Assembly: GCA_019323515.1 (NCBI GenBank)
Contig: JAHWHG010000007.1
Location: 148,603-212,602 of the forward strand
Origin: Candidatus Woesearchaeota archaeon
GTDB lineage: Archaea; Nanobdellota; Nanobdellia; Woesearchaeales; JAHWHD01
Reading direction: 5' to 3'
Length of the DNA stretch: 64,000 nt
The number at the start of each line of letters is the position of its first letter. The first letter of the stretch is position 1. Made by a program: the position numbers and the translations under genes. The notes under the pieces are model-generated. The model was given only the letters and a program-made list of their open reading frames with translations. It had not been told where the DNA came from and did not search any database. This document shows, piece by piece, positions 9,940-19,571 of the stretch.

Positions 9940-10548
9940 TCACAACTCAATAATCTTCCCATTCTTTCCAACATTTATAACCCTAGTTTTACCAATCTTG
10001 TCTTCAATACCTTCAGCCTCATGCACATGAGAACACAGTAAGATGTCAGGTTTAAATGTATCAATTGCCTTTCTTACAGCCTTGCTCGGTGGTACAAAAT
10101 TAGAGAATTTCTCAATAAGACTCCCCTTAGGATGCACATGCGTGACCATAATCTTCTTTTTGATATCTTTAAGGTTATCATTACCTTTCTTCAAAAGCTC
10201 AAACATGTCATCTTCTAATATTACTGGACTAGGCCCTACATTTGTAGCTCCACCAGCACCAAAAATCCCAATATCCTCATAGACAACAGAATAACCATGG
10301 ATGTTTCTCGCACCATATACTTGAGCCAAAAAATCAGCAGTAGCAACACTTTCATGATTTCCAGGGATAAGCAGAACCTTTTTACCAACCCTCCTGAAAG
10401 GACCTATCAAGTTCTTAGTAGAACTCTCAAAATTAGTTATATCACCACATAGGATAACCAAATCTACATTCTCCTTCTCAGCTCTTTTAGCTAATCTTTC
10501 AGCTAAATTAGTATCACCATGAAGGTCTCCAGATGCGAGTATTTTCAT
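9940..10548 (-). CDS. Calcineurin-like metallophosphoesterase
   Basis: GDLHGD, CGDI, PGNHE, VTHVHP, CSHVHE. Confidence 0.92.
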   Translation of the reverse strand: MKILASGDLHGDTNLAERLAKRAEKENVDLVILCGDITNFESSTKNLIGPFRRVGKKVLLIPGNHESVATADFLAQVYGARNIHGYSVVYEDIGIFGAGGATNVGPSPVILEDDMFELLKKGNDNLKDIKKKIMVTHVHPKGSLIEKFSNFVPPSKAVRKAIDTFKPDILLCSHVHEAEGIEDKIGKTRVINVGKNGKIIEL

Positions 10549-10549
10549 T

Positions 10550-10924
10550 TTAGAACTTTTCTACCCCTGCAACACGAAGCGTTCTTATCTTAAGCCCTTG
10601 TTCTCCAGCCTTATGTAAAATATCAGTGCTAATTTCATCAATCACATCAGATATCTCCCAAAAAGGTTTAAATCCCTGGTCTTTTAAGAATGGCCAGACA
10701 TCTTTGATTCTTGACGTATTTGGCTTGTATAATTCATCTATTAAAAAACCGTCCACAATAATCAAACGACTATCGTTGAAATAAGTTGTCACAAGACGAG
10801 ATTCCTTCCAAGGAAAAATGTGTGTACCTTCTCCATGTATATAATCGTCTGTTCCGTCATAAGCGCCATCTATCATACGATTATATAACATCTTTCCATT
10901 TATAAAGCTTTCGGTTGTTACCAC
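10550..10924 (-). CDS. Hypothetical protein
   Basis: 124-aa ORF packed into a co-directional gene run; no motif recognised. Confidence 0.6.
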   Translation of the reverse strand: MVTTESFINGKMLYNRMIDGAYDGTDDYIHGEGTHIFPWKESRLVTTYFNDSRLIIVDGFLIDELYKPNTSRIKDVWPFLKDQGFKPFWEISDVIDEISTDILHKAGEQGLKIRTLRVAGVEKF

Positions 10925-10937
10925 TTGTAAGAACTAA

Positions 10938-11510
10938 CTATCTCTCCCTTATTCTAACTTCTTCATCCTCAAGATGTATAATCTTAGAGGGCCTTCCGTG
11001 CTTAGGTCCTTCATTCAAGCAGAAGTGAATACCTTTCCTTATTTCAGGGTCTAAATTATCAACAGAAGTCATAAACTCCTTGCCAGTCACATTAGCCGAA
11101 GTTGATACAATAGGCATTCCATAAGCTTTTACAAAATCAGATATCCAATGTTCAGGAATCCTGATTCCTATCGCATCCAATCCAGGAACGACATTAGGAG
11201 CTACTGATTCCCTATTCTTCAGCTTAAGTATTAAAGTTACAGGTCCTGGAAGTTCATCAATATACTTCATTGCTTCATCACTTACTTCACAATTTTTAAG
11301 TATCCATTCCTTGCCAGGAGCAATTATAGAAAGCGGAAGCTTAGGTCGCTTCTTTAGTTTCCGAACGTGATCAACTGCTTCTTTATTGAGAGCATTGCAT
11401 CCAATTCCATAGATTGTATCAGTTGGATGTATAAAGAGGAATCCATCATCAATATCCTTCATCAAATGAGGAGCTTTCATCTCTGCTTCATCTTTTTCGA
11501 CTACTTCCAT
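10938..11510 (-). CDS. Threonylcarbamoyl-AMP synthase (YrdC/TsaC-type, no SUA5 C-terminal domain)
   Basis: HPTDTIYGIGC, KKRPKLPLS, LPGPVT, IGIRIP, PIVSTSAN. Confidence 0.92.
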   Translation of the reverse strand: MEVVEKDEAEMKAPHLMKDIDDGFLFIHPTDTIYGIGCNALNKEAVDHVRKLKKRPKLPLSIIAPGKEWILKNCEVSDEAMKYIDELPGPVTLILKLKNRESVAPNVVPGLDAIGIRIPEHWISDFVKAYGMPIVSTSANVTGKEFMTSVDNLDPEIRKGIHFCLNEGPKHGRPSKIIHLEDEEVRIRER

Positions 11511-11582
11511 ATAATCTCCGAATTAAGCATATGTTTATAAAGATTATGGTTTAGAATATATATAGAATATATACTAAAATAA

Positions 11583-12533
11583 CTAACTACCAATCACTTC
11601 AGAAAGATAACTATTCGGATTCTTACCCTCATACAAAACTTCATATAAACCTTTGAACAATGGCACATCAAGATTGTCTTTAACAAGACTATAAACAATC
11701 CTCAGCTGCTCAGGACCCTCAGGTTTTTGAGGTGCAAAATAGGAATAAATATCTTCAAGATTTTTAGAATTCAACATCTCCCCAACTTTTCTATTCCTTC
11801 CTGCAAAACATGTAGTTATCAGATCACCTATACCAGCAACATCAAAAAAAGTAGCTCTCTCAGCACCAAAAAATTCTCCAATCAACTGCATCTCTCTCAA
11901 TGCCTCAGAAATATACCACGACACCACATTATTATCAAACCCTTTATACAACCCTGCAAAAAGTCCTACTCCAATAGCATAAGGGTTCTTCAATATCCCA
12001 CACCACTGCAATCCCTTAGGATCCCTATTCACATAAACCCTAAATCTATCAGAACTTAAGAGATTCTTAACTTTATTTGCAGCCTCTAGATTAACTGAAC
12101 CCACCATAGTAGCTGCAGGATTCCCTATATAAATTTCATTAGCAATGTTAGGTCCTGAAAGCACAATTATATTTTCTTTAGGAACATTATACTTCTCTGA
12201 CAATATCTCCATAGACAAATAAAACCGATCATTATATTGAACAAGCCCTTTTGTTAAAACAACAAACTTAACACTACGATTTATACAGTCCTCAAAATTC
12301 ATTTGGTTTAATGTAGGGATAAAGAATTGAGAGTTCAAAACAAGAAAAATAAATTCAGATTCCTGAGTAGCAGAATTAATATCATCAGTAACACTGATAC
12401 CATCTATTGGAACAATATCCTTATCCAAAATGTTCTGATAGGCCCAAAGAGAAACATCATTACCGTTATGCTTCAACAGACAAGCAACAGCTGTACCCCA
12501 AGGACCAGCACCAATAACACTTACTTTGACCAT
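11583..12533 (-). CDS. gpsA: NAD(P)H-dependent sn-glycerol-3-phosphate dehydrogenase
   Basis: VIGAGPWGTA, LTKGL, LSGPNIANE, LKNPYAIGVG, GIGDLITTC..GRNRKVG, EG. Confidence 0.92.
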   Translation of the reverse strand: MVKVSVIGAGPWGTAVACLLKHNGNDVSLWAYQNILDKDIVPIDGISVTDDINSATQESEFIFLVLNSQFFIPTLNQMNFEDCINRSVKFVVLTKGLVQYNDRFYLSMEILSEKYNVPKENIIVLSGPNIANEIYIGNPAATMVGSVNLEAANKVKNLLSSDRFRVYVNRDPKGLQWCGILKNPYAIGVGLFAGLYKGFDNNVVSWYISEALREMQLIGEFFGAERATFFDVAGIGDLITTCFAGRNRKVGEMLNSKNLEDIYSYFAPQKPEGPEQLRIVYSLVKDNLDVPLFKGLYEVLYEGKNPNSYLSEVIGS

Positions 12534-12570
12534 AATGTTTAATAAACAAGTTCAAGATATATAACTATTT

Positions 12571-13575
12571 CTATTCACCAGAATAAACCTCAGCAAACTC
12601 CTCAAGATAGAGATTAGCAATCTCTTCGTCATAAATGATTATAACATTCTCATCATTCTTAGAAGTGCCAGAACTAGTTGGATTATAAGAACCAGTCACA
12701 ACAACCTTTTCATCAACAATAAAGACTTTATGATGCATCTTTGCTTTATTCTTGTCAAGAGTGACATTCAATCCAATATCCTTAAGCTTATCATATTCAG
12801 TATATTGACCTCTGCCAGAAGCCTCAAACACACCAATAACCTCAACGCCTCTACCAGCTAAGTCAATCAGTTTCTGCCCTATTGGATCAGAGGTAAAGCT
12901 AAAGGTCATAAAATAAACCGAATCTTCTGCAGAATCTAAAATTTCCAAAACATGCTCCTCGCAATCATCCTCCGGACAAAAATAATTATTAAGTCTATGC
13001 CCGTTCAATACTATTTCATCATATTCTACTCTCGCACCTTCACCAAAATCACCATACCAAAGCTCCCAGAATTCACTTTCATAATTCTCAGCTAAATACT
13101 TTGAATAAAAGACAATGACATTATTATTATTCTTTGTATCTCCGTTAAAAGTCGGATTAAAACTCCCAGTCCATACTATCTCCTCATCAATGACACAGAA
13201 CTTATTATGTGAAAGCTGAGAACTATCATCATATCTTATGAATTCATAATCATCTTCTAGCTTGTTCTCATTATCAACCACAATCTTAACCTTCACACCT
13301 TTCTCATCAGCATCGATAAGAGCATCAATAACATTCTCCAAATCTAAATCAAATAAACCGCAGTAAACATACTCCTCAGCACTTTCAATAAAACCAACCA
13401 TCTTAATACTGCAATTATCCTCAGGACAAAAATACACTTCTTGCTCAAGGTTTTCCTCTTCAGGGATTATTGGCCCTTCAGGGATCTCAACAACAATAGA
13501 AGCAGTCTTTGACCCACATCCAAAAACTGAAAAACATAAAAGAAGTAGAAGTATAACTAAAGCATAAGACCTCAC
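12571..13575 (-). CDS. Exported phospholipase D-superfamily protein (two HKD domains; phospholipase or Nuc-like nuclease)
   Basis: HNKFCVID...TGSFN and HHKVFIVD...TGSYN; hydrophobic N-terminus ending VFGC. Confidence 0.88.
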   Translation of the reverse strand: MRSYALVILLLLLCFSVFGCGSKTASIVVEIPEGPIIPEEENLEQEVYFCPEDNCSIKMVGFIESAEEYVYCGLFDLDLENVIDALIDADEKGVKVKIVVDNENKLEDDYEFIRYDDSSQLSHNKFCVIDEEIVWTGSFNPTFNGDTKNNNNVIVFYSKYLAENYESEFWELWYGDFGEGARVEYDEIVLNGHRLNNYFCPEDDCEEHVLEILDSAEDSVYFMTFSFTSDPIGQKLIDLAGRGVEVIGVFEASGRGQYTEYDKLKDIGLNVTLDKNKAKMHHKVFIVDEKVVVTGSYNPTSSGTSKNDENVIIIYDEEIANLYLEEFAEVYSGE

Positions 13576-14084
13576 TTTAATACCTCTCTTAATTCATTAA
13601 GAGATTTAGAGAGACTAAAGCGAATCTCAGGGTACTTTTTCTCAAGCTCGGTTATCAAATCAAAAAACTTTTCCTTCTTTCTAGGCTCAAACTTCAATTT
13701 CTTTATCTGAGCATATGTCTTAAGCTCATCATCAGTCACGACTTTAAAGAGCTTGATACCTTTGACCTTAGCTAAAGTAAAAGCTTTTGAAAAAAAGCTT
13801 TTTAAGAATGCATGGATTTCATCATCAAGAGTCCATTGAACAACTTCTTTAACTCCTTTTATCTTCCTTTTTACAAACTTCAAAGGCATACCTTTTAGTA
13901 TTCTGTTAAGCACATACTCGGTTAGAGGATCCTTAACAAGAACTGAATCATTAGCTTCAAAGAACTTATTAGCTCTGATATACTTGCCAACCCTTCTTTC
14001 AATCAGCTTACAGAAACAACTATTACAGTAATCCCTACCATTATGATTAAGATTTCCCTTCCTTTTACATGAAAAACAATTCAT
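13572..14084 (-). CDS. Truncated TtuA/Ncs6-like protein lacking the PP-loop
   Basis: N-terminal CxxC...YCxxCF zinc finger and C-terminal ELEKKYPEIRFSL resemble TtuA/Ncs6; no SGGKDS. Confidence 0.55.
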   Translation of the reverse strand: MNCFSCKRKGNLNHNGRDYCNSCFCKLIERRVGKYIRANKFFEANDSVLVKDPLTEYVLNRILKGMPLKFVKRKIKGVKEVVQWTLDDEIHAFLKSFFSKAFTLAKVKGIKLFKVVTDDELKTYAQIKKLKFEPRKKEKFFDLITELEKKYPEIRFSLSKSLNELREVLK

Positions 14085-14131
14085 AATATGAATAAAGAAA
14101 CCGTCATTTATAAAAGTTTATTAAAATCATA

Positions 14132-14449
14132 TTACAAAAGTCTGCGGAGATATGGAATTTCATGATAAAAATCAATAAGCTCAGGAAATATACTTTCATG
14201 GTAATACTTCGCACGGCCCCTCCTTTCCTTCCTTATACGAATAGTCATATATTTCCCATGTATTCTTGCATGAGCAGCAATAGCCATTTCAAGCTTAGTA
14301 GGTTCTATATATTCACCCTGTGCTTCCTGCCTTCTAACAATCTGAGTTACTGTCTGAAAAGTAGCATAAAAACCTGCCTCGTTTGCCTCAAGCAAGGTAT
14401 CAAATTCAAAATCAAACTTTGCTTTCTTTGATTTTCCTTTTTTAACCAT
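14132..14449 (-). CDS. Hypothetical basic protein
   Basis: 105-aa ORF with an upstream BRE/TATA-like AGAAAGATTTAAAAA on the minus strand. Confidence 0.6.
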   Translation of the reverse strand: MVKKGKSKKAKFDFEFDTLLEANEAGFYATFQTVTQIVRRQEAQGEYIEPTKLEMAIAAHARIHGKYMTIRIRKERRGRAKYYHESIFPELIDFYHEIPYLRRLL

Positions 14450-14550
14450 CTTAACCAGCTTATGACAAAAAAATGTTTTTAAATCTTTCTAAAAAAGTAC
14501 TACTCAAGAGTAGAAATGCTTATATAGAAGCACCCCCTACATATATATGA

Positions 14551-14626
14551 AGATAATAAAGCAATTTATTATCTATCACCTCTTTTTTCCCCGAGGAAGG
14601 TTCTCAGGAATCTTCTAAGGGGTTTT
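14551..14626. other. Two adjacent intergenic hairpins
   Basis: AGATAATAAA-gcaa-TTTATTATCT (14551-14574) and CCCC-gag-GAAGGTTC-tcag-GAATCTTC-taa-GGGG followed by TTTT (14589-14626). Confidence 0.55.
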
Positions 14627-14630
14627 ATAA

Positions 14631-16481
14631 TCATGCGTGAGATTTCCTAAGAGTTCTTTTTAATTTTCTTTTCCTCAATCGTTCATGCCTAGAAAAAAGA
14701 ATACCTATTAGGAATCCGATAATAATGCCAAGCAAGATAAAAGGAATATTTTCATAATCAACCTCTAATCTAAACTTTACATCATTGTTATATTCTTTAA
14801 AATATAAATCAAGGTTACTCATTTCAAGTGCATACGAAGAGAATAGAAGTGAAGAATGTATATCTTCATCCCTTAAGTCAGCAGCATATTCGTAATAGCT
14901 ATATCCTAATATTGGAAAAACACCTTCTTTAGTCTGTCTTTTTATATTCTTTTCAGCAATATAAAATAAACTGTCAACAAGGCTATCAACAGATTCCTCA
15001 CTAACCCCAAAAGAATTAATTATTGAATCAGACTGAGACTTAGCTTTTCCAGCCTTAAAGAGACAAAGCTCATAATCACCATCTTCTTTATGTTTATTTG
15101 CAATATCAATATTATCCCTTATTGATTCAAAAGGGATTGGCAAAAAAAACTGAAGATACTGGTAACGTTCTTCGGCCTCTGAGATTTTAGTAAAGCAAGA
15201 ATCCTTTAATGCAAACTCATTGATAACATATCTCTTCCCGGGCTTTCCAAAAAACTCGGACCATGACCTCGCTGAATTTGTTCTTTCAATTGAATAAGCA
15301 AGTTCTGATTCAAATTCTTCTTTGTTAAAGAATGACTCCTTGGCTTCGGATAAGCTTTGTTTAGCATCGTATAACCTGTCCTTTACAACCATAAATGCCT
15401 GAAGATCTGTGATTGTCTCAATCTTCTTTTTAGCTAATTCATCCTGAACTTCTTCTATCGATTCATTGACTTGTTTAAAAGACTGCATGCTAGTATCATC
15501 TTGAAATTTAATTAAAAGTTCCTGTAATTTAAGATTTGCAACAAAGCAATAACTTGCAGCAGAGTAATACTTCTCATCAAGAATAGCAGACCTAGCACTA
15601 TTTGTATAGTTATCAATATATTCCAGACCAATATTAAGAATTTCACTTGCATTCTCATATTTCGATAGAATAGAATCAGAATTTAACATAAATACAGATA
15701 AAAGATTCTTCCTTAAAATATCAGCTCTATCACAAAGCTCACTGCTAAGGCCAGACATTGTATCAATATACCCCTTAGGAATCTGAAAATCTTCAACAGG
15801 ACTTCCAGAAGTCTTACCAGTGAAATGCAGTAAAGCATCTTCCAAATCCAATATTTCGATTACTTCTACATTATTAAGATCACCAACCTCGATAAGATCA
15901 TAACTCTCATTATCCCCAATAAAAAACCTCTCGCCTTTGGGAATAAGGATTTTTTTAATCCCAACCTCTGATGCTGCCTCAATCTTACCTTTCAACCCAC
16001 TAACATGCCCAACAAAACCTCCAGAATTGATTGTACCAGTTATTGCTACACTCTTGTTAAGAGGAATATTATCAAGCAAGCTAACAGTTAATGCAGAGAT
16101 TGCAGCACCTGCGCTAGGACCACCTACAATTGAAGAATTTGATCTTATTGTGTAGATAAAATCATAACTATCACAATCAACATTATCCAAAAGTTCACAT
16201 GCAATTTCTTTAGCAAACCTTGTTGATATCTGTGTATCTAGCTTAGTAAGCGGATAAGTATCAATAAAAACCCTGCCAGTCCCAGGAACAATCTCAAGAT
16301 TAAGGTTTGCAATACTACCTTCCCCAGATTCAGTAACTGCTAACAGGATGATATTATCCTCAATAGCTGAAACAGAAAAAGCCAATAATACAAGTATAAT
16401 TAATAAAGCACAAATTCTAAACCTCATAAGATTTTGAGACTTATAACTGGTATTTATTCTTTTCCAATAATGAAAACTCAC
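14631..16481 (-). CDS. Archaeal membrane-anchored Lon-like (S16) serine protease without ATPase domain; likely start 16427
   Basis: VGGPSAGAA (Ser) and GLKGKIEAA (Lys) dyad, ITGTINSGG, signal peptide, C-terminal TM plus basic tail. Confidence 0.88.
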   Translation of the reverse strand: MSFHYWKRINTSYKSQNLMRFRICALLIILVLLAFSVSAIEDNIILLAVTESGEGSIANLNLEIVPGTGRVFIDTYPLTKLDTQISTRFAKEIACELLDNVDCDSYDFIYTIRSNSSIVGGPSAGAAISALTVSLLDNIPLNKSVAITGTINSGGFVGHVSGLKGKIEAASEVGIKKILIPKGERFFIGDNESYDLIEVGDLNNVEVIEILDLEDALLHFTGKTSGSPVEDFQIPKGYIDTMSGLSSELCDRADILRKNLLSVFMLNSDSILSKYENASEILNIGLEYIDNYTNSARSAILDEKYYSAASYCFVANLKLQELLIKFQDDTSMQSFKQVNESIEEVQDELAKKKIETITDLQAFMVVKDRLYDAKQSLSEAKESFFNKEEFESELAYSIERTNSARSWSEFFGKPGKRYVINEFALKDSCFTKISEAEERYQYLQFFLPIPFESIRDNIDIANKHKEDGDYELCLFKAGKAKSQSDSIINSFGVSEESVDSLVDSLFYIAEKNIKRQTKEGVFPILGYSYYEYAADLRDEDIHSSLLFSSYALEMSNLDLYFKEYNNDVKFRLEVDYENIPFILLGIIIGFLIGILFSRHERLRKRKLKRTLRKSHA

Positions 16482-16539
16482 ATTTCAGACTTCAAACATA
16501 TCCAATACCTTTAAAAGGAACCAACTTTTTTAAGTCCCT

Positions 16540-17298
16540 ATGAAGATAGGGATAAGCAGTAAGAATGTACTGGATTTTTTTGATAAAAGGATAAATTCTG
16601 AGAATTTCAAGATACTAGAGATTAACAGATGCAGGAGTCATCTGGGCTTTAATATGGAACGACTGGCAATGCTTGCTGAAAAATTCAAGGAGCATAAGAT
16701 AGAGACTACACTACACTCAGCATCTTATAGCATATTCCATGACAATCCCATGATTCATGAAGCTCAAGTTTTAAATTTAAAATCTGAGATATTACAAGCA
16801 AAACAACTGAATTGCAAGGAGATAGTTTTTCACCTTGCAAATAAAGAACCAGACCAGAATGATATCAACTTACTGAAAGAACTTGCAGTTTTCGCAAAAA
16901 AACATGATGTAATCTTACTTTTAGAAAACGACGCAAAAGGGTACTTCGCAAATGAAGAAAACATTCTTAAGACTATAACAAGCATCGAAAACTTATTCCT
17001 AGCTTTAGACATCGGACACCTAAAACTCGCAAAATTACGTGGACTTGTCAAAAGTGAATCTGCATTTATAAATAAATTAAATGACAAAATCACATACGCC
17101 CATATTCATGACAATTGCGGAAAAATAGATTCACACTCAGCACTTGGCTCAGACATAGAAAGGTACAAGAAGATTCTAAGACTACTTCCAAACAATATCA
17201 AACTTATAATGGAAACTAACTATTTTGATGAAGCAGTAAAGAGTAAAAAAATAATCACAGAAATTCTTGATGAAATCAATAATAACAGCACTAAATAA
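16540..17298 (+). CDS. Xylose-isomerase-like / AP-endonuclease-2 TIM-barrel protein
   Basis: Metal-ligand motifs LLLEN, ALDIGH, HIHDN..DSH, IMET. Confidence 0.8.
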   Translation: MKIGISSKNVLDFFDKRINSENFKILEINRCRSHLGFNMERLAMLAEKFKEHKIETTLHSASYSIFHDNPMIHEAQVLNLKSEILQAKQLNCKEIVFHLANKEPDQNDINLLKELAVFAKKHDVILLLENDAKGYFANEENILKTITSIENLFLALDIGHLKLAKLRGLVKSESAFINKLNDKITYAHIHDNCGKIDSHSALGSDIERYKKILRLLPNNIKLIMETNYFDEAVKSKKIITEILDEINNNSTK

Positions 17299-18310
17299 GA
17301 TAGACCTTTGAATTGATTACCACTACATCAACATTCTTTCCAAGTTTCACATCCCTTTTATTGCGAACTTCAACAGATTGATAAGTCTCTGGATGGATCA
17401 CCTCAATCTCGGGTTTAACCTTAGAAACAATAGCTTTCTTAATCTCCTCTCCTCTTGCAACAATTTCATAACCTTTCTTTTTGTAATCTATTATTGTCTG
17501 TTTACCTGAGATTAAAAACTTTCCATAAACATTCCTCCCTTTAACCGATTCAACAACAATTAGCTTATCTTTAACCCTAATTATATCTTTTGCACCAAAA
17601 TCAGGCAACCTAACCAAGAAATAAACCCTATAAACATTCTTACTTGTGAGTTTATCTTTAGTGAATAGTTTTGCAGTAGAATTGATATCTCCTCCAAACC
17701 TTTTGAACACAAGATTTCCTAAAGTACTAGTATAAGTCTGTGAAGTAAGATAATAATCAAATCCATTCCTCACCTTCTTAACCTGTGTAGCGATTATCCC
17801 TTTTGACTTCTGCTTGGACAACTCCCTGTCAATAAAATCAAGGACCTTAACATTTACATTCCTAACCTGAAGAATACCCTCAAAATACTGCGTACCTAAT
17901 TTACTGCATTTTGAACATTTAACAAATTTAACAGTTAACGGAACTAAGTAATCTTCACTTACAGATTTCTTTTGATTTTCATGCACCCTTCCAATAACTT
18001 TCAAATCAATTTCTGCCTTTACCAATACCCCAACATTCCTTTTATAAGGAGGAAGAGAAAATTTAGTTTTAAACATTTCAATCACAGCTTCTTTACTAAA
18101 CTCAGTTCTGGATTTAACAAACTCCTCAACTGCAACGGAAAAATCCTCAAAACTCTTCCATCTACCCAATAACCTAAACGAATCACAAATTGCACATACC
18201 TCAAGTTCCATACTTTTGAAACCTTTGACAATCGGATTTTGCTCAACAAAGCATCTCTCGCATAATCTATCCATGATTTCATATTTTCCACATTTTGGAC
18301 ATTTTACCAT
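17291..18310 (-). CDS. NMD3 family ribosome biogenesis protein
   Basis: CPKCG..LCERC, CAICD, CSKCSK, YFEGILQVR, C-terminal IHPETYQ. Confidence 0.9.
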   Translation of the reverse strand: MVKCPKCGKYEIMDRLCERCFVEQNPIVKGFKSMELEVCAICDSFRLLGRWKSFEDFSVAVEEFVKSRTEFSKEAVIEMFKTKFSLPPYKRNVGVLVKAEIDLKVIGRVHENQKKSVSEDYLVPLTVKFVKCSKCSKLGTQYFEGILQVRNVNVKVLDFIDRELSKQKSKGIIATQVKKVRNGFDYYLTSQTYTSTLGNLVFKRFGGDINSTAKLFTKDKLTSKNVYRVYFLVRLPDFGAKDIIRVKDKLIVVESVKGRNVYGKFLISGKQTIIDYKKKGYEIVARGEEIKKAIVSKVKPEIEVIHPETYQSVEVRNKRDVKLGKNVDVVVINSKVYLI

Positions 18311-18365
18311 ACTTGAACATATAGAACGAAACCTTTATATTTGTTTTGTTTACCAGAAGTAATAG

Positions 18366-18995
18366 ATGCAAGACATCAAAAAGATAGCAAAAAAAGTATG
18401 GCACTTTATTTGGGAAGAGGACAGTATCTGGAGTTGGATAGTAAACGTGATACTCGCATTCTTGATAATCAAATACCTAGTCTATCCAGGTTTAGGATTA
18501 GCTTTACACACTTCACATCCAGTTGTTGCGGTCGTCTCTGGCTCAATGGAACATGACGGAAGCTTCGATGATTGGTGGGATAGCCAAGCGATATGCAATG
18601 AAGAAAGGTTCTGCAAACAAAAGGATTGGTATGCAGAATACAACATCACAAAAGAAACTTTCAAGGAGTTCCCTTTCAAGAACGGCTTCAATAAGGGGGA
18701 CATAATGGTACTCTATGGAACAAAACCAAAAGACATAAAAAGAGGGGACATTTTGATTTTCGACATTAACAAGGCTGTCCCGATTATCCATAGGGTGGTT
18801 AATGAATGGGACGAAGACAACAGACAATACTTTACAACAAAAGGTGACCATAACCCTGATATCTATCCAGAGATTAATGAAGCAAAAATAAACCAAGAAC
18901 AAATCCTTGGGAAAGCAGTCTTAAGGATTCCATGGTTAGGGTACATAAAGATATGGTTTGTTGAACTGTTACGTCTGCTACATATAATAAGGTGA
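18366..18995 (+). CDS. Signal peptidase I (Sec11/SipW type)
   Basis: VVSGSME (Ser), PIIHRV (His), TKGDHN..D, IPWLGYIK. Confidence 0.93.
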   Translation: MQDIKKIAKKVWHFIWEEDSIWSWIVNVILAFLIIKYLVYPGLGLALHTSHPVVAVVSGSMEHDGSFDDWWDSQAICNEERFCKQKDWYAEYNITKETFKEFPFKNGFNKGDIMVLYGTKPKDIKRGDILIFDINKAVPIIHRVVNEWDEDNRQYFTTKGDHNPDIYPEINEAKINQEQILGKAVLRIPWLGYIKIWFVELLRLLHIIR

Positions 18996-19001
18996 TAATC
19001 A

Positions 19002-19319
19002 ATGCAATTTTGTCCAAGATGCGGTGCTTTACTCTTACCTAAGAAAGAAGGCAACAAAAAAATGGTTGCCTGCTCATGCGGTTATAAAAGCAAAGACATT
19101 GAAGAGTCAAAGATTTCTGAGAAGGTAATTAACAAACAAAAAGATGTGGAAGTTGTGGATAAAGAAGTAGAGGTCATGCCCTTAACAGAAGCAGAATGCC
19201 CAAAATGCGGCCATAACAGGGCAAGATTCTGGACACAGCAGACAAGAGCAGGAGACGAAGCTGAAACTAAGTTCTTCAAATGCGAGAAATGCAAGCATAT
19301 CTGGAGAGAATACAGATAA
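19002..19319 (+). CDS. tfs: Transcription factor S (TFS/RpoM)
   Basis: FCPRCGALL..CSCG and CPKCG...QTRAGDE....FFKCEKC; acidic DE hairpin intact. Confidence 0.95.
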   Translation: MQFCPRCGALLLPKKEGNKKMVACSCGYKSKDIEESKISEKVINKQKDVEVVDKEVEVMPLTEAECPKCGHNRARFWTQQTRAGDEAETKFFKCEKCKHIWREYR

Positions 19320-19322
19320 ACT

Positions 19323-19571
19323 ATGATTGCAGATATATCCTCTTATATCAAAGAAAATAAGCTAAAGATAATTGTCAAGACGAATTCTCCTAAAACAGAG
19401 ATTACTGGATATGATAAAGAAAAAGAAGCAATTAAACTTAATGTTCATGCACAGCCAGAAAAAGGAAAAGCAAATCTAGAGATTATAAAATTCTTCAAAA
19501 AGCAACTAAAAAAAGATATCAGGATAATCTCAGGGTTCAAAAGTAAAGAGAAACTGCTAAACATTGATTGA
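19323..19571 (+). CDS. DUF167 (YggU-like) protein
   Basis: VKTNSPK, VHAQPEKGKANLEII, IISGFKSKEK. Confidence 0.88.
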   Translation: MIADISSYIKENKLKIIVKTNSPKTEITGYDKEKEAIKLNVHAQPEKGKANLEIIKFFKKQLKKDIRIISGFKSKEKLLNID

